A stretch of DNA of 64,000 nt, taken from the NCBI RefSeq assembly GCF_036365525.1, contig NC_090379.1:31921790-31985789 (forward strand), in the 5' to 3' direction. Of this stretch, positions 1 to 12,280 are shown piece after piece (the stretch's first letter is position 1; every line of letters begins with the position of its first letter). The notes beneath the pieces were generated by a model, which was given only the letters and a program-made list of their open reading frames with translations, made no database searches and had not been told where the DNA came from. The position numbers and the translations under genes are program-made. This DNA comes from Heterodontus francisci. Its lineage: Eukaryota.

Positions 1-180
1 GCCATGCTCTGAAATTATTGAACTCAATGTTCAGTCTGGCAGGCTGTAGTGTGCCTAATCGGTAGATGAGATGCTGTTCCTCGAGCTTGCGTTGATGTTC
101 ACTGGAACACTGCAGCAATCCCAGGACAGAGATGTGAGCATGAGAGCAGGGGGGAGTGTTGAAATGGCAAGCAACCGGAA
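1..180 (-). mobile_element. Penelope-like retroelement fragment, C-terminal end of GIY-YIG endonuclease region
   Basis: Minus strand translates as PVACHFNTPPCSHAHISVLGLLQCSSEHQRKLEEQHLIYRLGTLQPARLNIEFNNFR, which resembles the C-terminus of vertebrate Penelope ORFs (HF...R...E...I..L.TL.P.GLN). Cut by the window edge. Confidence 0.85.
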
Positions 181-273
181 ATGCCAGCCTTTTTTTTATT
201 CCCCACCCCACCCCCGCTCCCCAATCGGGCTCCTGTGCACAATGAGTATTAGAGAAAACCCCTACAGCACAAA

Positions 274-675
274 TTTTTTTTTTATTCATTCATGGGATGT
301 GGGCGTCGCAGGCCAGGCCAGCATTTATTGCCCATCCCTAATTGCCCTTGAGCTGAGTGGCTTGCTAGACCATTGCAAAGGCATGCAAGAGTGAACCACA
401 TTGCTGTGGATCTGGAGTAACATGTAGGCCAGACCAGGTAAGGACAGCAGATTTGTTTCCCTAAAGGACATTAGTGAACCAGATGGGTTTTTACAACAAA
501 CAACAATGGTTTCATGGCCATCATTAGACTAGTTTTTTTTTAAATTCCAGATTTATTAATTGAATTCAAATTCCACCTTCTGCTGTGGTGGGATTTGAAC
601 TCATGACCCCAGAGCAATACCTGGGTCTCTGGGTTACTAGTCCAGTGACAATACCAGTACACCACCGCCTTCCCC
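274..675 (-). mobile_element. tRNA-derived SINE whose 3' tail is shared with the CR1-group LINE 'family B' of this window
   Basis: Minus-strand head has A-box TGGTGTACTGG and B-box GAGTTCAAATCCC. The 3' end (GCAATTAGGGATGGGCAATAAATGCTGGCC...CCCACATCCCATGAATGAATAAAAAAA) matches the LINE tails at about 6267-6338, 37097-37155 and 42845-42910. Confidence 0.8.
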
Positions 676-698
676 CTTTTCGGATTGGCTGCATTTGC

Positions 699-1313
699 TG
701 ACAACGCAGCCACTAGGTGGCACTGCATTGACACATGCGCATTGCAGCCTGTTCAACCTAAACGTCACAGTCAGCGACGTTCAGGCAGCTGCCAGGACTA
801 AAGATGGCGCTGCTCAAATAATCACACAAAGGTAACGTGAACATATGGCAGCACACACGGAGAGATCGACCGGCCGGAGAGAGGGGGCAGGCTGGGGTGG
901 TGGTGGGGGGGGTGGGCGGGGGGGTGGACGACCGGGCAGGCGGAATGGCTGGAGTGCGCGGGCGGGGAGGCAGGAGGAGAGCACACCCACCGCCACCAAG
1001 GTCTTTGGCCGCTCTCTGCCCGCTTCCCTTCACCTCCCCCACTGCTGTTTCCCACACCCCGCTCTCCCCCCCACACCCCGCTCTCTCCCTGCTTCCCCCC
1101 CCTGCCCCCCCACGCCCCGTGGTCTCCTGGTTGTCTCCCACACCCCGCTTCTCCACTTGCTCTCTCTCCCGCGTTATGCGATGACATCATCTGCGCATGT
1201 GCCAACCGGTCCTGGCAATGCGGAACGCAGCCCACGCGCAGAGAGCAGGAGCCAGTTTGCGCATGTGCGCAGATTGGCGCAGTCGGATGACATCCCCGCC
1301 GGCTGCGTTGTCA
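699..1313. repeat. CpG-rich element bounded by a 13-bp perfect inverted repeat (MITE-like, or a CpG-island regulatory element)
   Basis: TGACAACGCAGCC (699-711) and GGCTGCGTTGTCA (1301-1313). The interior is GC/CpG-rich, with a G-rich tract followed by a C-rich tract. No clear TSD. Confidence 0.5.
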
Positions 1314-1549
1314 AGAATCACCTTGTTTCGGATTTCACAGCAAATACTTAAGAAACAGATATCCAATCCCAATTACTAATACTCTAAGTTTAAAATTACA
1401 GAAAAAATATAACTCTATTCCAATCTAGATATCTTAGTATGCCAATGGTGCAAATTGTAACACATGCTGATGTGGCAGTCAGGGCCCAACTGGATACCTG
1501 AGCAGAGCAAGACTCATTGGAGGACAAAGGGTCAGATTTTACTCGAAAA

Positions 1550-3945
1550 ATATCATAAAATATCCCAAGGCACTTTACAGGAGTGTTATTAAGCAAAGTA
1601 TGACACTGAGCCACAAAAGGTGATATTAGGTCAGATGACCACAGCTTGGTAAAAGAGGTAGGTTTTAAGGAGTGTCTGAAAGGAGGAAAGTGAAGTGGAG
1701 AGGCAGAGAGGTGTAGGGAGGGTATTCTAGAGTTTGGGACCTAGGCAACTGAAGGCACAGCCACCAACAATGGAACGATTAAAATCAGAGATGCACAAGA
1801 AGCCAGAATTAGAAGAGTGCAGATATCTTGGAGGGTTGTGGGGCTGGAGGAGATTACAGAGATAAGAGGCAAGGCCGTGGAGGTATCTGAAAACAAGGAC
1901 GAGAATTTTAAAATCAAGATGTTGCTTGACTGGGAGCCAATGTAGGTCAGCAAGCACAGGGGTGATAGGGGAACGGGACTTTGGGTAAGTTAAGACAGGG
2001 GCAGCAGCATTTTGGATGTCAAGTTTACGGAGAGTAGAAAGTGGGACACCAGCCAAGTGAGCATTGGAATAGTCAAGTCTAGAGGTAACAAAGACATGAA
2101 TGAGGGTTTTTGCAGCAGATCAGCCAAGACAGGAGTGAAGTCGGGCAATGTTACAGAGGTGGAAATAGGTGGTCTTAGTGATGGCACGAATAAGAAGTCG
2201 GAAGCTCAGCTTGAGGTCAAATGTGACACCAAGGTTGCAAACAGACTGGCTTAATCTATAACAGTTGTCAGGGAGAGGAATGGAATCGGTAGCTAGGCTA
2301 CGTAGTTTGGAGTGGGGACCAAAAACAATGGCTTCAGTCTTCCCAATATTTAATTGAAGAAAATTTCTGTTCATCCAGTATTGCGTGTCAGATAAACAGT
2401 CTGATAATGAGAAATAGGAGAGGACCAAGGATATATTCTTGTGGGGACACCAGAGGTAATACTGTGGGAGCAGGAAGAGAAGCTATTGCAAGTGTTTCGC
2501 TGACTACGATTAGATAGATAAGAATCGAACCAGGTAAGAGCAGTCCCAACCAGCTGGATGACAGTGGAGAGGCATTGGAGGAGGATAGTGTGGTCAACCA
2601 TGTCAAAGGCTGCAGCCAGGTCAAGAAAGGCGAGGAAAGTTTATCAGTCACATAGGATGTCATTTTTGACTTTCATAACAGCTGTTTCAGTACTGTGGCA
2701 GGGTGGAAACCTGATTGGTGGGATACAAACATGGTGTTCCGGGATAGACAGGAACGGATTTGGAAGGCAACAACACGTTCAAGGACTTTGGGGAGGAAAG
2801 GATGTTGGAGTTGGGACGGTAGTTTGCAAGGGCGGTGGGGTCAAGGATTGTTTTTTGAGGAGACGGGTGATGACGGCAGATTTAAAAGGAGAGAGGGACA
2901 ACATTTGAAAAGAGAGAACCATTTACAATACCGGCTAACACGGGGACCAGGAGAGGAAGTTGGGTGATCAGCAGTTTAGTGGGAATAGGATCAAGAGAAC
3001 AGGAGGTGGGTCTCACAGACAAGATGAGCTCATAGAGAGCATGAGGGGAGATAGGAGAGAAACTAGAGAAAGATGAGAGTTCAGGGCTAGAGCAGGGGGG
3101 AGCATTATAGGAAGTTTAGTCAGGTGGACTAGTGGAAGGGTGGGATGAGGCAGTGGCAGCTGGTCTCGATCTTAGTGGCAAAGAAGTCCATGAACTCCTC
3201 GCGCTTATTGTTAGAGGTGAGGGTGGAAGGGTTTAAGAAAACAGTTTGCACTAGAGAAAAGAAGCAGGGGTTAGCTATGCATTCCAAGATGATCTTGGAA
3301 TAGTGAGCAGTTTTAGCAGACAACAGCAGGACCAATATGGTTTTAAGTGGTCCAGCCAGATCTAGTGGTGGATGACTAAACCAGTTGTCTACCATATCCT
3401 TTCAAGTCTGCGCCCCTTGGACTAAGGGAATGGAGATGAGAGCCATACCAGGGGGAATGGCCAGGGTGAAAGAGACTGATCTTTTCATTGGGGACTAGGG
3501 CATCAAAGCTGGATGAGAGGATGTGGTTGAGCAAATCAGTAGCTACAGAAATGTTGTTGCGAACGAACAGCCAAAGTCTAGATAGTTGAGATTTTGAAAG
3601 TGGAGTTATAAGTGAATAGGGGGATCTTTATTTCCAGGGAAGGATAATGAGGTAGGATTGGGGCGTGGAAGGGGGATGTGGATGGAGGGTGATACAAGGA
3701 AGTGATCAGAGATGACCTGATCTGTAATTGATACGATGGGACTAGCAAGACCACATGCGATGGAAGGTTTGACGGGGCAAATGTGAATATGGGTTGGGGT
3801 GTTTGCATGCAGGGAGAGATTGAGACAGAATAAAAAGGGCAGTGAACTCAGAGGAGTAAGAACATGAGGAGTTGAGATGGAGATTAAAATCACCAAGGAT
3901 GAGAAGCCACTTGGTGCAGAGGCTGAAGGAGGAAACAGTAAGGAT
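1550..3945 (-). mobile_element. Degenerate L2 LINE (ORF2 endonuclease/RT remnants and 3' UTR)
   Basis: Minus-strand peptides LHWLPVKQHLDFKIL, WMNRNFLQLNIGKTEAIVFG, VDHTILLQCL...LTWFDSYLSNRSQ...ITSGVP are typical of L2 RT. Many stops and frameshifts. Confidence 0.88.
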
Positions 3946-4299
3946 AAGAGCACTCGCTCACCGTTATTTATGAGCAAATACAACAGCAAATTCCAGCAAG
4001 TGCACATCTGCAGTTAAACACAAATATCCGGAAATTACTGTCCAAGATACTTTGGCTGTCTGTAAGCTTGCAAAAATGGCATTTCACCATCTGTATCCCT
4101 GTTCAGATGTATTAAACAGTGTGAGGTTTCTGTACAAACGTCACAGATACACACTGAACTCATCACATACAGTTAGGGCTTGGTCATTCCAGTGCAAGTA
4201 CCCTTTTAATGGCGTAGTACGCCTCAAACATACCAAACAACCTCTCTGGCACCTAAAATTAAACTGTATTTACAGACAGGTCACAAAGTTAAGAGTTCA

Positions 4300-5080
4300 G
4301 GACATCATCAGCCTTCAATGCCTTTCTTCCATAATCCAGTTGGGTAGAACTGCACTCACCTGCTATCAGTTTTATATATCTAACCATAGCCAGAGAATCA
4401 CCTCCAATGGCTTCCCTTCATGCTCCTGCACAGAGGTAACTCTGGTGTCCCCAAGGATCCTTCCTTGGTCCCCTCCTATTTCTCATCTACATGCTGTCCC
4501 TTGGCAACAGCATCCGAAAACAGTGTCAGTTTCCACATGTATGCTGATGGCACCCAGCTCTACCTCACCACCACCTCTCTCTCGACCCCTCACTGTTCTT
4601 CAATTGTTAGACTGCTTATTTGACAACTAGTACTCGATGAGAAGAAATTTCCTTCAACTAAATATTGAGAAGACCAACGCCATTGTCTTAGGTTCCCTAC
4701 TCACCAACTCCATCCCTCTCGCTGGTAACTGTCTGAGGCTGAACCAGGCTGTTCATAACCTTGGTCTCATACTTGACCCTGAAAGGAGCTTTCACACCAT
4801 AGCTGTGCCATCACGAAGACCACCTGTCTCCAACTCCTTAACATTGCCTCAACTTATCTGCTGCTGACACCCTCATCCACATCTGTTACCTCCAGACTTG
4901 ACTCTGCCAATACACTCCTAGCCGGCCTCCCACATTCTACCCTTCATAAATTTGTCACCCAAAGCTCTGCTGTCCATGTCTTATTTGCACCAAGTCCCAT
5001 TCACTCATCAACCCTGTGCTCACTGACCTACATTGGCTCCCAGTTAAGCAATACCTCAATTTTAAAATTCTCATCCTCTA
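4300..5080 (+). mobile_element. L2 LINE RT fragment
   Basis: FHMYADGTQLYL (degenerate YADD) and MRRNFLQLNIEKT; ends in an LHWLPV-like segment. Opposite orientation to the upstream L2. Confidence 0.85.
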
Positions 5081-6410
5081 TTTATTTAACTTTCTGTAGA
5101 TGATTTGGCATTGAATTAAATACTCTAATTTACCCTTCATGATTTAGAGACTGCATGTCTCAGCAAGGATCCTTCAATCCAATTGGGTAAAGAAACACAC
5201 CATTGCTTGCCCGGTTCACACAGGTCCCAAATCCACTGTAGAGGGCACCGGGCTGAAATGGATTATTGACTATTGCTAGTTGCGGTGCAAAGGCCCACAG
5301 AAAATTTGAAGGTCAAACATCTCAGTCCCAGGACATCACTGCAGGTATTCCTCAGGGTAGTGTCCTAGGCCCAACCATCTTCACTTGCTCCATCAATAAC
5401 CTTCCCTCCGTCATAAGTTCAGAAGTGGGGATCTTCGCTGATGATTGCACAATGTTCAGCACCATTCACGACTCCTCAGATAATGAAGCAGCCCATGTCC
5501 AGATGCAGCAAGAGCTGGACAACATCTAGGCTTGGGCTGATAAGTGGCAAGTAACATTTGCACCACACAAGTGTCAGGCAAAGACCATCTGCAACGAGAG
5601 AGAATTTAACCATCTCCCTTTGATGTTCAATGACATTACCACATCACTGAATCCCCCACTAGCAACATCCTGGGGGCTACCACTGACCAGAAACTGAACT
5701 GGACCAGCCACATAAATACTGCGGCTTCAAGAGTAGGTCAGAGGCTGGGAATTCTGCAGCAACTAACTCACCTCCTGACTCCCCAATACCTGTCCATCAT
5801 CTACAAGGCACAAGTCACGAGTATGATGGAGTACTCTCCACTTGCCTGGATGGGTGCAGCTCCAACACTCAAGAAGCTTGACACCATCCAGGACAAAGCG
5901 GCCTGCTTGACTGGCACCCCATCCACCACCTTCAACATTCCCTCCCTTCACCACTGACGCACAGTGTCAGCAGTATGTACCATATCCAAGATGCACTGCA
6001 GCAACTCACCAAGACTCCTTCAAGGGCACCTAACAAACCCGTGACCTCTACCACCTAGAAAGACAAGGACAGCAGATGCTTGGGAACAGCACCACCTGCA
6101 AGTTCCCCTCCAAGCCACACACCATCCTGACTTGGAACTATATCGCCATTCCTTCACTGTTGCTGGGTCAAAATCCTGGAACTCCCTTCCTAACAGCACT
6201 GTAGATGTACCTACACCCCAAGGACTGCAGCGGTTTAAGAAGGCAGCTCACCACCACCTTCTCAAGAGCAATTAGGGATGGGCAATAAATACTGGCCTAG
6301 CCAGTGATGCCCACATCCCGTGAACGAATAAAAAAAAAATCTGTGGGCAAGTGTAAGAGTAATGAACAGTGAGTGCCGTTTGTTCACCATTGGCTGCAAA
6401 ATCTGGACCA
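5080..6410. mobile_element. Right half of a MITE (same family as 7996-8737), split by a CR1-group insertion
   Basis: 5080-5305 and 6339-6410 follow the sequence of 8450-8737 and end in AAAATCTGGACC. Confidence 0.65.
5306..6338 (+). mobile_element. 5'-truncated CR1-group LINE (family B)
   Basis: GIPQGSVLGPTIF...IFADDCTMF RT motifs, 3' UTR and poly-A tail ending at 6338. Confidence 0.88.
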
Positions 6411-7995
6411 TTATTCCTCCATAACCTGTATAAGTATATTTAATAGCTGTCGTTGATATTTCTGTTGCACCTAGATTACTAAAACAATGTTGTCGAACTA
6501 GCTTTCTACCATCTGGGTTTTATCCACTGTCTATTATGTTTATATAGAGCTGCATTGTATTGATAATGATAGTCAAGTAAATTCACAAATCTGATGTAGT
6601 TCTCATTTCCAGTAGATGCAGTGCAAACAATTTTCAAAAAGCATTCAATACATCCACAACTTTTTGGGATATGCCACAAATCAAGAAAATTAAAAAAGTG
6701 CAGAATTTAAAAAAGTTTGTCAGTTTAGTTCCACAATAATGATAACCTCAAAACCTTCAACAAATCATCCTACTTGTCAATGTAGGCAGATGCCAGCATC
6801 AGGACTATCACCTTTGAACAAGTCATAAATTGAGAGTGTATCTGGCGTACTACCTACCCCCCAAATTATAAATATGTTTAAAAGTAGCAAGCAACATCCA
6901 TCACAGGCACATGACGATAGCTAAATGGCATTAATACACTATTTCTACCATCTTTTCCATCTTTCTTTCCTTCACAGTCCACCTAGCTGTGGGAAATACA
7001 AGTTTTCTCTTGCATCTGTAACAATAGTGAAAGTACCATGTCTGCAGAGCCTATCTCCATTATAATTTCTTGGTCTTCAGTGCCAATACAGTCAAAACAG
7101 CGCGTTCTCCTGTCTATGTCCCCCAATAGTTTTGACTATTAGCGCCTTGAAATGAGATGTAAATTAATGCAAATGTTCAACTTAATTTTTTGATATCCCT
7201 GCAACATGCACTCATGCAGTCTACAAAGTTTCTAGAGATTAGTCATGTACAAACAGAGCAGCAGCTTGCATCTTTTAGTTGGTTAGAACCACATGGCTTC
7301 AGCTTTAGGCTCCAGCGTGAATGTTCACATCACCATTACATTCAAGAGGTCCTTAACGGATCATTAGTTGAACGACAACAAAATTGGATAACTGTAACTA
7401 ACTAGAACATTCTGTGAATCAATTTTTAATCAGAACAGGCATTCACTCCAATATTCTGTTAAGTCATTTCTCATGGTCAATTAAAAAGTGCTACAATTCC
7501 CCAGTTATGCGTTGTTTAACTTTTATAAAACTAATGCGTCTCGATCTCTTGTGACATTGCTCATGGATAATCAAAATTACCCCGCACAGTTAGAGATAAA
7601 CGCAGATAACCTGCATTGCTACTTCAAGAGATTTGTCTAATTGTACCCTCAGATTCCTCTGTTCCTCTACCCCAGAATGTAAAAAAAATTTAAAAATTTA
7701 AAAAATTATATTGGCAAACTACAAGGTTATCTTTCTCTAGTGGCTGACAAAATCAATCATAGTTCAAATATTTATAAAGTTAACCAAGCGTCAAGGAACA
7801 CTTGGTATAAGGCAAGCATTAACTGCTACAGTACATATAGTACTACATTTAATTATTTTTTGATGAAACAGAAATACAATGGCATTATTGTTGGACAAAT
7901 CTACAATTAATTTAAAAACACATTACCCGAATTACCAAACTTGCATTTACAGGCAAATAAAAAGATATCTTTGGTTTAAAAAACAATATTACATT

Positions 7996-8737
7996 GGCCC
8001 TGATTTTTGTTGCAAAAATAATAGTGAGTGCTCTTCATACAGCAACCTCTGGCATCCATAAATGCACAGTTAAATGCACAAAACAGCAAGCTGCTGTGCG
8101 AGTTGCTCTGTTCCTCCAGAAGCTGTGCTGTACCGTTATTTTGTCTAGAGACTCGCATCCAACTATATGAAGGGTGCGAAGTTGCGGTACTTGCCCAGTA
8201 TATAGCAACTAAACACGCCAGAAAAAAGTTAGGGCTTCTCCATTTAAGTGTAAGTAAATTTTTAATGACACCATAAATCTCAATAACTGCCAAACACCAC
8301 CTCTGGCACTGAAAATTTACTTTTAAAATTGTGGAGTCTCATTTCTTCAGATTTTAATTATTGAAGATTTTAAGAAATTAAAATACATTTTGTTTTACTT
8401 TGCTTTCTGTCCCTTTTCCCTCTCTCTCAATTCCATCTTTTCCTTTATTTTTCTTTCTGTACATGATTTGGCATGGAATTAAACATTCTAACTTACACTT
8501 CCTGGCTTAGACTCTGCCTGGGTCAGTAAGGATTCTTCAATCTGATTAGTTAAGTAGACACACTGTTGCTTGCCCTGTTCACATGGATCCCAGATCCCAT
8601 GTAGAGGGTGCCATGTTGTTCTGGATTACTTATAACTGCAAGAAGCAATGCAAAAGCAGATAGAAAGTCTGTGGGCAAGCTTAAGTGCAATCAATGGCAA
8701 GTATCATTCATTCACTCCTGACCACAAAATCTGAGCT
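7996..8737. mobile_element. Non-autonomous DNA transposon (MITE) with about 12-bp imperfect TIRs
   Basis: Left GGCCCTGATTTT, right AAAATCTGAGCT. Similar along its length to 38149-38901. Confidence 0.7.
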
Positions 8738-8794
8738 ATTGTGTGTTATTAAAGTTGACAAATATAAAATATCTGCTGGTTTTCATACTGTTTT

Positions 8795-8900
8795 GAGAGC
8801 TACAGGGAGAAGGCGGGGAAATGGCATCAAGTGAGTTGCTCAGAGAGTGAACATGATGGGCTGAATGATCTTCTTCTGCGCAGCAACAATTCTGCGATTT
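8795..8900 (+). mobile_element. Isolated CR1 (HER1-like) 3' tail fragment
   Basis: GATGGGCTGAATGATCTTCTTCTG...ATTCTGCGATT resembles the CR1 tails at 13790-13827 and 32820-32865. Confidence 0.55.
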
Positions 8901-9519
8901 TACTATTAAGTAATTTCAAAATTTACCAGTCTTAACTCTGAAAAAAATACTATTTTCTCCATATCTGCCCCAAAGGAGTATATTCTTAGTAGAGCTTATC
9001 CACACAAATACAAATGTGTATAGTAGGAAGTGTGTCAAAGATTAATTAATCATGTTAATTTTAATCAGATGTTTTCTGAGCCATAAAAAAACATGCAAAA
9101 ATTATAATCTACAACTGAAATCAACTGGGAGGCTGAGCAGATAAGTTCTGAGGATGATGATTGGCTCAAAATGTAAAACAATTGTGTGGTGTAGTACTAA
9201 GTCGCATACAGCAAGAAGGTTGCAGATTCAATCTTGCAATTCCAACTTCTCAGTCACAACAGCAATAAACTTGAGTTTCCCTGGACCAGAATAAAAAAGT
9301 TATGGCTTAACATGAAGCATGATTTTAAAGGATGCTGAACTGTACTGAAATAATAGCAAAAGGAAACATTACTTGCCATCAATAGAATCAGATTGTGAAG
9401 GTAATCTGTTTTTTCGGCCACGTGCCTCCACCTCCATTGCTGGCACCAGTTCTTCAATTGAAGCCATCCATTCCAATTCCATTTTCTTGCTCTTTCCCCA
9501 ATTTACTTTCTTACTTTTC

Positions 9520-10640
9520 AAATACTGATCCAATTCTCTTAAATTTTCTCAATGGGCATTTTTGTTTAAGTATTTAATATTTTAAAAAGTGAAAAAATTT
9601 CTAACATTACCTTTTAATATTTTAGTAAGTTTATATGGCTTAGTTCCTTGTTCGTCAACCCATGGATTCAATTTGCCACAATTCTTATCCTCTAAAATCT
9701 TTCATAATTCTGAGATCCCCCCTTGACATTTGTTCCTAACTGTAGTCTAGCCGGTGTATTATACAAATTTCCATAATTAAACATAATTTCCTCACTTTTA
9801 TATTCAATTACTCTATATATAAAAATTTGAATCCCATTTGTCATTTCTAACTGAACTCCCACCTTTAAAACTCTTATCTGCACTTTCAGATCACTCTGCT
9901 CCCCCATTGTCAATAATCTTACTATTTTGGGTACTTCCTTTCACTGTTCTTCTCCTCCTCCAGTAATCCTTTGTTATGTTCCCCAACCATACAATTTGGT
10001 TATCAGCAAACATTGATATTATTCCTTTTGTGCCAATGTTCAAATCTTTTATACAAATGGAAAATAAAAGTGGTTCTAACATAGATTCAGGAGAGACACC
10101 AGTCACATCTAGCTAACCCAGAAAACATTCATTTTGTTCCTTCTATTTGGCAGTCATTTACCTATCCAAACTGTCCTTAACTTTCACAATTCTCTTATCT
10201 GGCAACTTATCAAACACCTTCTGAAAATCCATATGCAATATCCACCATGCTACCTTTATCTAGGCACTATTATTTCTTCAAACAATTCAATTAAATTAAT
10301 CAAACATGACCAGCCCTTCATAAAATCATCTCAACTGTCCAATATCTTGTGTTTTCTGCACCACCTCCCCCACCCCACCCCCCACAATTCTCTCAAAATG
10401 GCTGTGTCCATTCCTTCCTTCCTCTATGAAACTCAAGATACTTCCTACATTAAAAACTCTACTTAAATGCAAGTCACCATTGTTATTCTATAGACCATAG
10501 ATGTTTATCCTGAAATAAGGTTAACTGGCCATGCTAACTCGTGTCAACCTTCCTCCATAGACTGGGATGCCATTTACTTTACTCTTTAATAGATTTTTTG
10601 AATACTTATCTCCAGTAGTGGTTCATTTACATTCTTTGTA
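9520..10640 (-). mobile_element. Highly decayed CR1 LINE
   Basis: TGVSPESMLEPLLFSICIKDL...ISMFAD and YRVIEYKSEEIM...LYNTPARLQL are degenerate CR1 RT motifs. Confidence 0.7.
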
Positions 10641-12280
10641 GATATTCCTACAGTCCCACTTCAATTTTCCTTTTTAAATGGACTATGATTTCCACAAAAA
10701 AAGGAATAAAAAGGAAATTGGGACAAAGAAAGGAGCTTAAAGTAAGAATCAGATATTAATTGCAGGGCTTAAGTCAATTACTTTTGTAATTGGATATCAT
10801 GTCCAGAGGGAAATTGAGGAAAAATTAGCTGAATAGAAAATGCTCCATGAAGGAACCTAGAGGTACAATGATGGCATAAAATGGCTCATTTACTCAAGGA
10901 TGGAAATGCACACCTACTTCCACATTGGGCACAGGAACAGATACAATTGTTTCAGGTGTAATTTTTAGGTATACTTAATACTTCTCTCAGGTACAACAAT
11001 GCTACTCTTACATTTAGCAGTGTGCCCATACTGTCCAAAATCTAACTATACAATAGCACCTGTTTGCGACCCAAATTAAGTATATGTTTCCCACATGCCC
11101 TCACACACCATTTCCCAATCTTTCCAAAGGCAAACTGAAATATTTAGTGAAAGAAGGTCTGTTAAACTACTTCATATTACAGCCAGCAATTGATCCTACA
11201 GAGTAACAGATTTAATCAGCTCTCACCTTGATTAAACTAACTACATAATCCTCCTTGAGAAGAAAAAATAAATTATAACACTATCCCTACCTGCAAGCTC
11301 ACTTACGTTTTTTCTGGTCCGTCTTCTGATCCCAACTGGCTCTGGGTCTGAAGTGAGCAAATTTCCCCTCACTTGACCAGGTGTTTTCCTGCACGTCATC
11401 CTCCAAGACCTAGATGACTCACTGATTGCTCATGTGTTTTATTGTCCCTTTTCTCTGTACTTCACCAGTGAGAAAGCTCTCTCTCTCTGTTGCCTTTCTC
11501 AATCAATATTTTGCCAGCAAGCTTATCGATGAAAGCAGTTACCCCTCTTCCCCGCCCCACTCCACCCTCACTCACCATCTCCTGTTATTCTCAAAATGAA
11601 TCAAGGACAGCCTGGCTTGGTGAGGTATTTGACGTTCATTGTATTAGTTTGATATAGACTGCAAAATATAAAATGCTGCAAACTGGTTCATCTGGCTTGA
11701 ATACAAATCTGGTCCGTCTGGCTTGAATACAATTCTTAAATCTATGCATATGTGCTTAACTTTTTTTTAAAAAAGATGAAACATTTATGTACATTTGTTT
11801 TGTGTCAAAACACACAAACATACCATGTTCCTGAATTCTTTCCATGAAGAGATGAAACGAATTTCAAAAAATGACACTGGTGGACAATCAAAGTCTACTG
11901 ACAAAAGTAATGTTAGTATGTCCTACCCTGCATCAGTGCAGAGCCTGTATCTTACATCTGCTAGTGGTCTTTAGTAAGCTATAGAAAAACATTTCCACTG
12001 AGAATAACTCCTCAAAAAATGGTAACTGTTAACATGTTGTAGGTACCTTAGTCTCCTTAATCTCCTTTAATTCTGGTGCAACTTTTTCCTTAGTTGGCAA
12101 TGTTACCACTGCACAAAAATACAGTACGTTTAAATATTGGACACAATTTTTTTAAACAGCTTATCCTGGTAAAAATTAGGCCTACTTCATTGACTAGCAT
12201 TAAGATACTCAAAAAGGTCTGATAGTATGTTAATAAAATTGGTCTCTGTACTGTTTTAAGCAATAATTTCCTAATTTGTC

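Noticed and set aside
758-1351. Several overlapping 100-170 aa Gly/Pro/Arg-rich ORFs
   Set aside because: Expected by-product of GC-rich low-complexity DNA lacking stop codons; no recognisable domain.
4052-4630. 192-aa ORF
   Set aside because: Non-ATG start; runs from unique DNA into a frameshifted L2 fragment.
11691-11733. Short tandem duplication of TCTGGCTTGAATACAA
   Set aside because: Two copies only; ordinary local duplication, not a CRISPR array.
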